Source: Kudoa neothunni (Eukaryota > Animalia > Cnidaria). Taken from it: a DNA stretch of 64,000 bases. Shown here piece by piece: positions 62,901 to 64,000 of the stretch. The notes under the pieces were generated by a model. It was not told the origin of the DNA and ran no database searches. It saw only the letters and a list, made by a program, of their open reading frames with translations. The first letter of the stretch is position 1. The number at the start of each line of letters is the position of its first letter. A program made the position numbers and the translations under genes. The DNA lies in NCBI GenBank assembly GCA_964304625.1, contig OZ199839.1, forward strand, positions 6,020,311-6,084,310, written 5' to 3'.

Positions 62901-64000
62901 TGGTTTGAACTTTTCAAAACATTTTCTTGTTTATCATGCAAAACCATTTTAGAGATATATTACTAAAATCTTTTTCCAACGCAATATCTATCTTTAAAAT
63001 ATCATCTAGATATTTATTTGATATGCCAAATGAGGATGAATCTGTAAAAAATATAAACAACTGGGAAAACAACAATATTAATTACATTTATCAACTATAA
63101 ATGAATCTTTATGTTGTAATAAATTAGATACGATTTTAATTTTATAAAAACCATTTTCAGTGATATCATTTAACAATGATTACATACAGAGTTGTCACAA
63201 ACAAATCAGTATGAAATTGTTTTGAGTTTTTTCGACAAACTTCTCTGATTTTTTTTCTAACAATGTGCTTTGAATTGTTACGCGAAAGTTCTTAACGTTT
63301 TTAGTGAAACGTAAGGTAATCGCAAATTTTTCCGTCTATCCATTCATTTGAAACTTCATATTCGTTTGTCACTAAATATAAAAAACATTAAGAACAAACA
63401 CAATTTAATAAATTGTTACATTTTGGAATATCGATTTGAGTGGATTTCTTCAATAGATTTTCCGATATAATATCAATTTCATAAATAGTACCACTCTCAA
63501 CTCCTGTATTTTAAATACATGTAATCTCTCCCTGTTTAGTTGGATTCTTCAAATGATAGAGAGCTTTTTACTGTTTCTGAACTTTCATGCAATTTAAGAT
63601 TCCAATTAGAAGAATATCGACATATGGTAGTGCCAACTTTAAATTTATAGTAAGTGTAACATTGACCGAATCCAATTCCTCATAATTGTACGTTAATTCA
63701 TAATCACTAGGGGACTAGGAAAAATTTTATCTTATAATTAATTTAATAGTTTAATCATACGCTTCTTGGTGAATAAAATATTTTCTTCGTTGCAGGGAGA
63801 TACTTTCAATAATATTTTGTAATTTTCAATGGGTTTTATACAGGATCCTTAACTCGCAAAACATACCCAGCACAAGATATTTGTTGAGCCGATGAGAAGC
63901 AACCACATTATTACTCGAGCTAGTATCTAGCACGGTATAATCGCCTTGTATGTCTCCAACATTTGATTTTCGCTTTATAGAAACTAAAGTTATCATATCG
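59906..64000 (-). pseudogene. Adhesion GPCR: GPS and 7TM intact, upstream ectodomain exons disrupted; 5' end probably outside the window
   Basis: GPS C...WETKYC...CTCNHTTSYAIIF is followed by family-B 7TM exons (CFKVAIFLHYAL, GMFLFVIF) in consistent phase. Upstream exon-like blocks (61390-64000) contain frameshifts and an in-frame TAA (61641-43). Confidence 0.75.

Overview
AT-rich eukaryotic (animal) genomic DNA with compact genes, mostly 40-80 nt GT-AG introns and strongly diverged proteins. This profile fits a reduced parasitic animal such as a myxozoan cnidarian, but the taxon is inferred, not shown. Spliced host genes reconstructed by eye: Rab11, LMAN1/ERGIC-53, a secreted CPPCPP-repeat protein missed by the ORF track, a long intersectin (EH-EH-5xSH3-DH-PH-C2), the YME1L i-AAA protease (- strand), HELQ helicase, and an adhesion GPCR (- strand) whose ectodomain is disrupted. 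Intergenic DNA and long introns hold a 79-bp satellite, one near-complete piggyBac, several decayed or non-autonomous piggyBacs, a Helitron nested in one of them, and a tRNA-derived SINE. The most interesting items are the Cys-Pro repeat secreted protein (possible polar-capsule or spore-wall polymer), the SINE (possibly annelid-like, so a candidate host-to-parasite transfer), and a first HELQ intron that yields protein only if it is retained.
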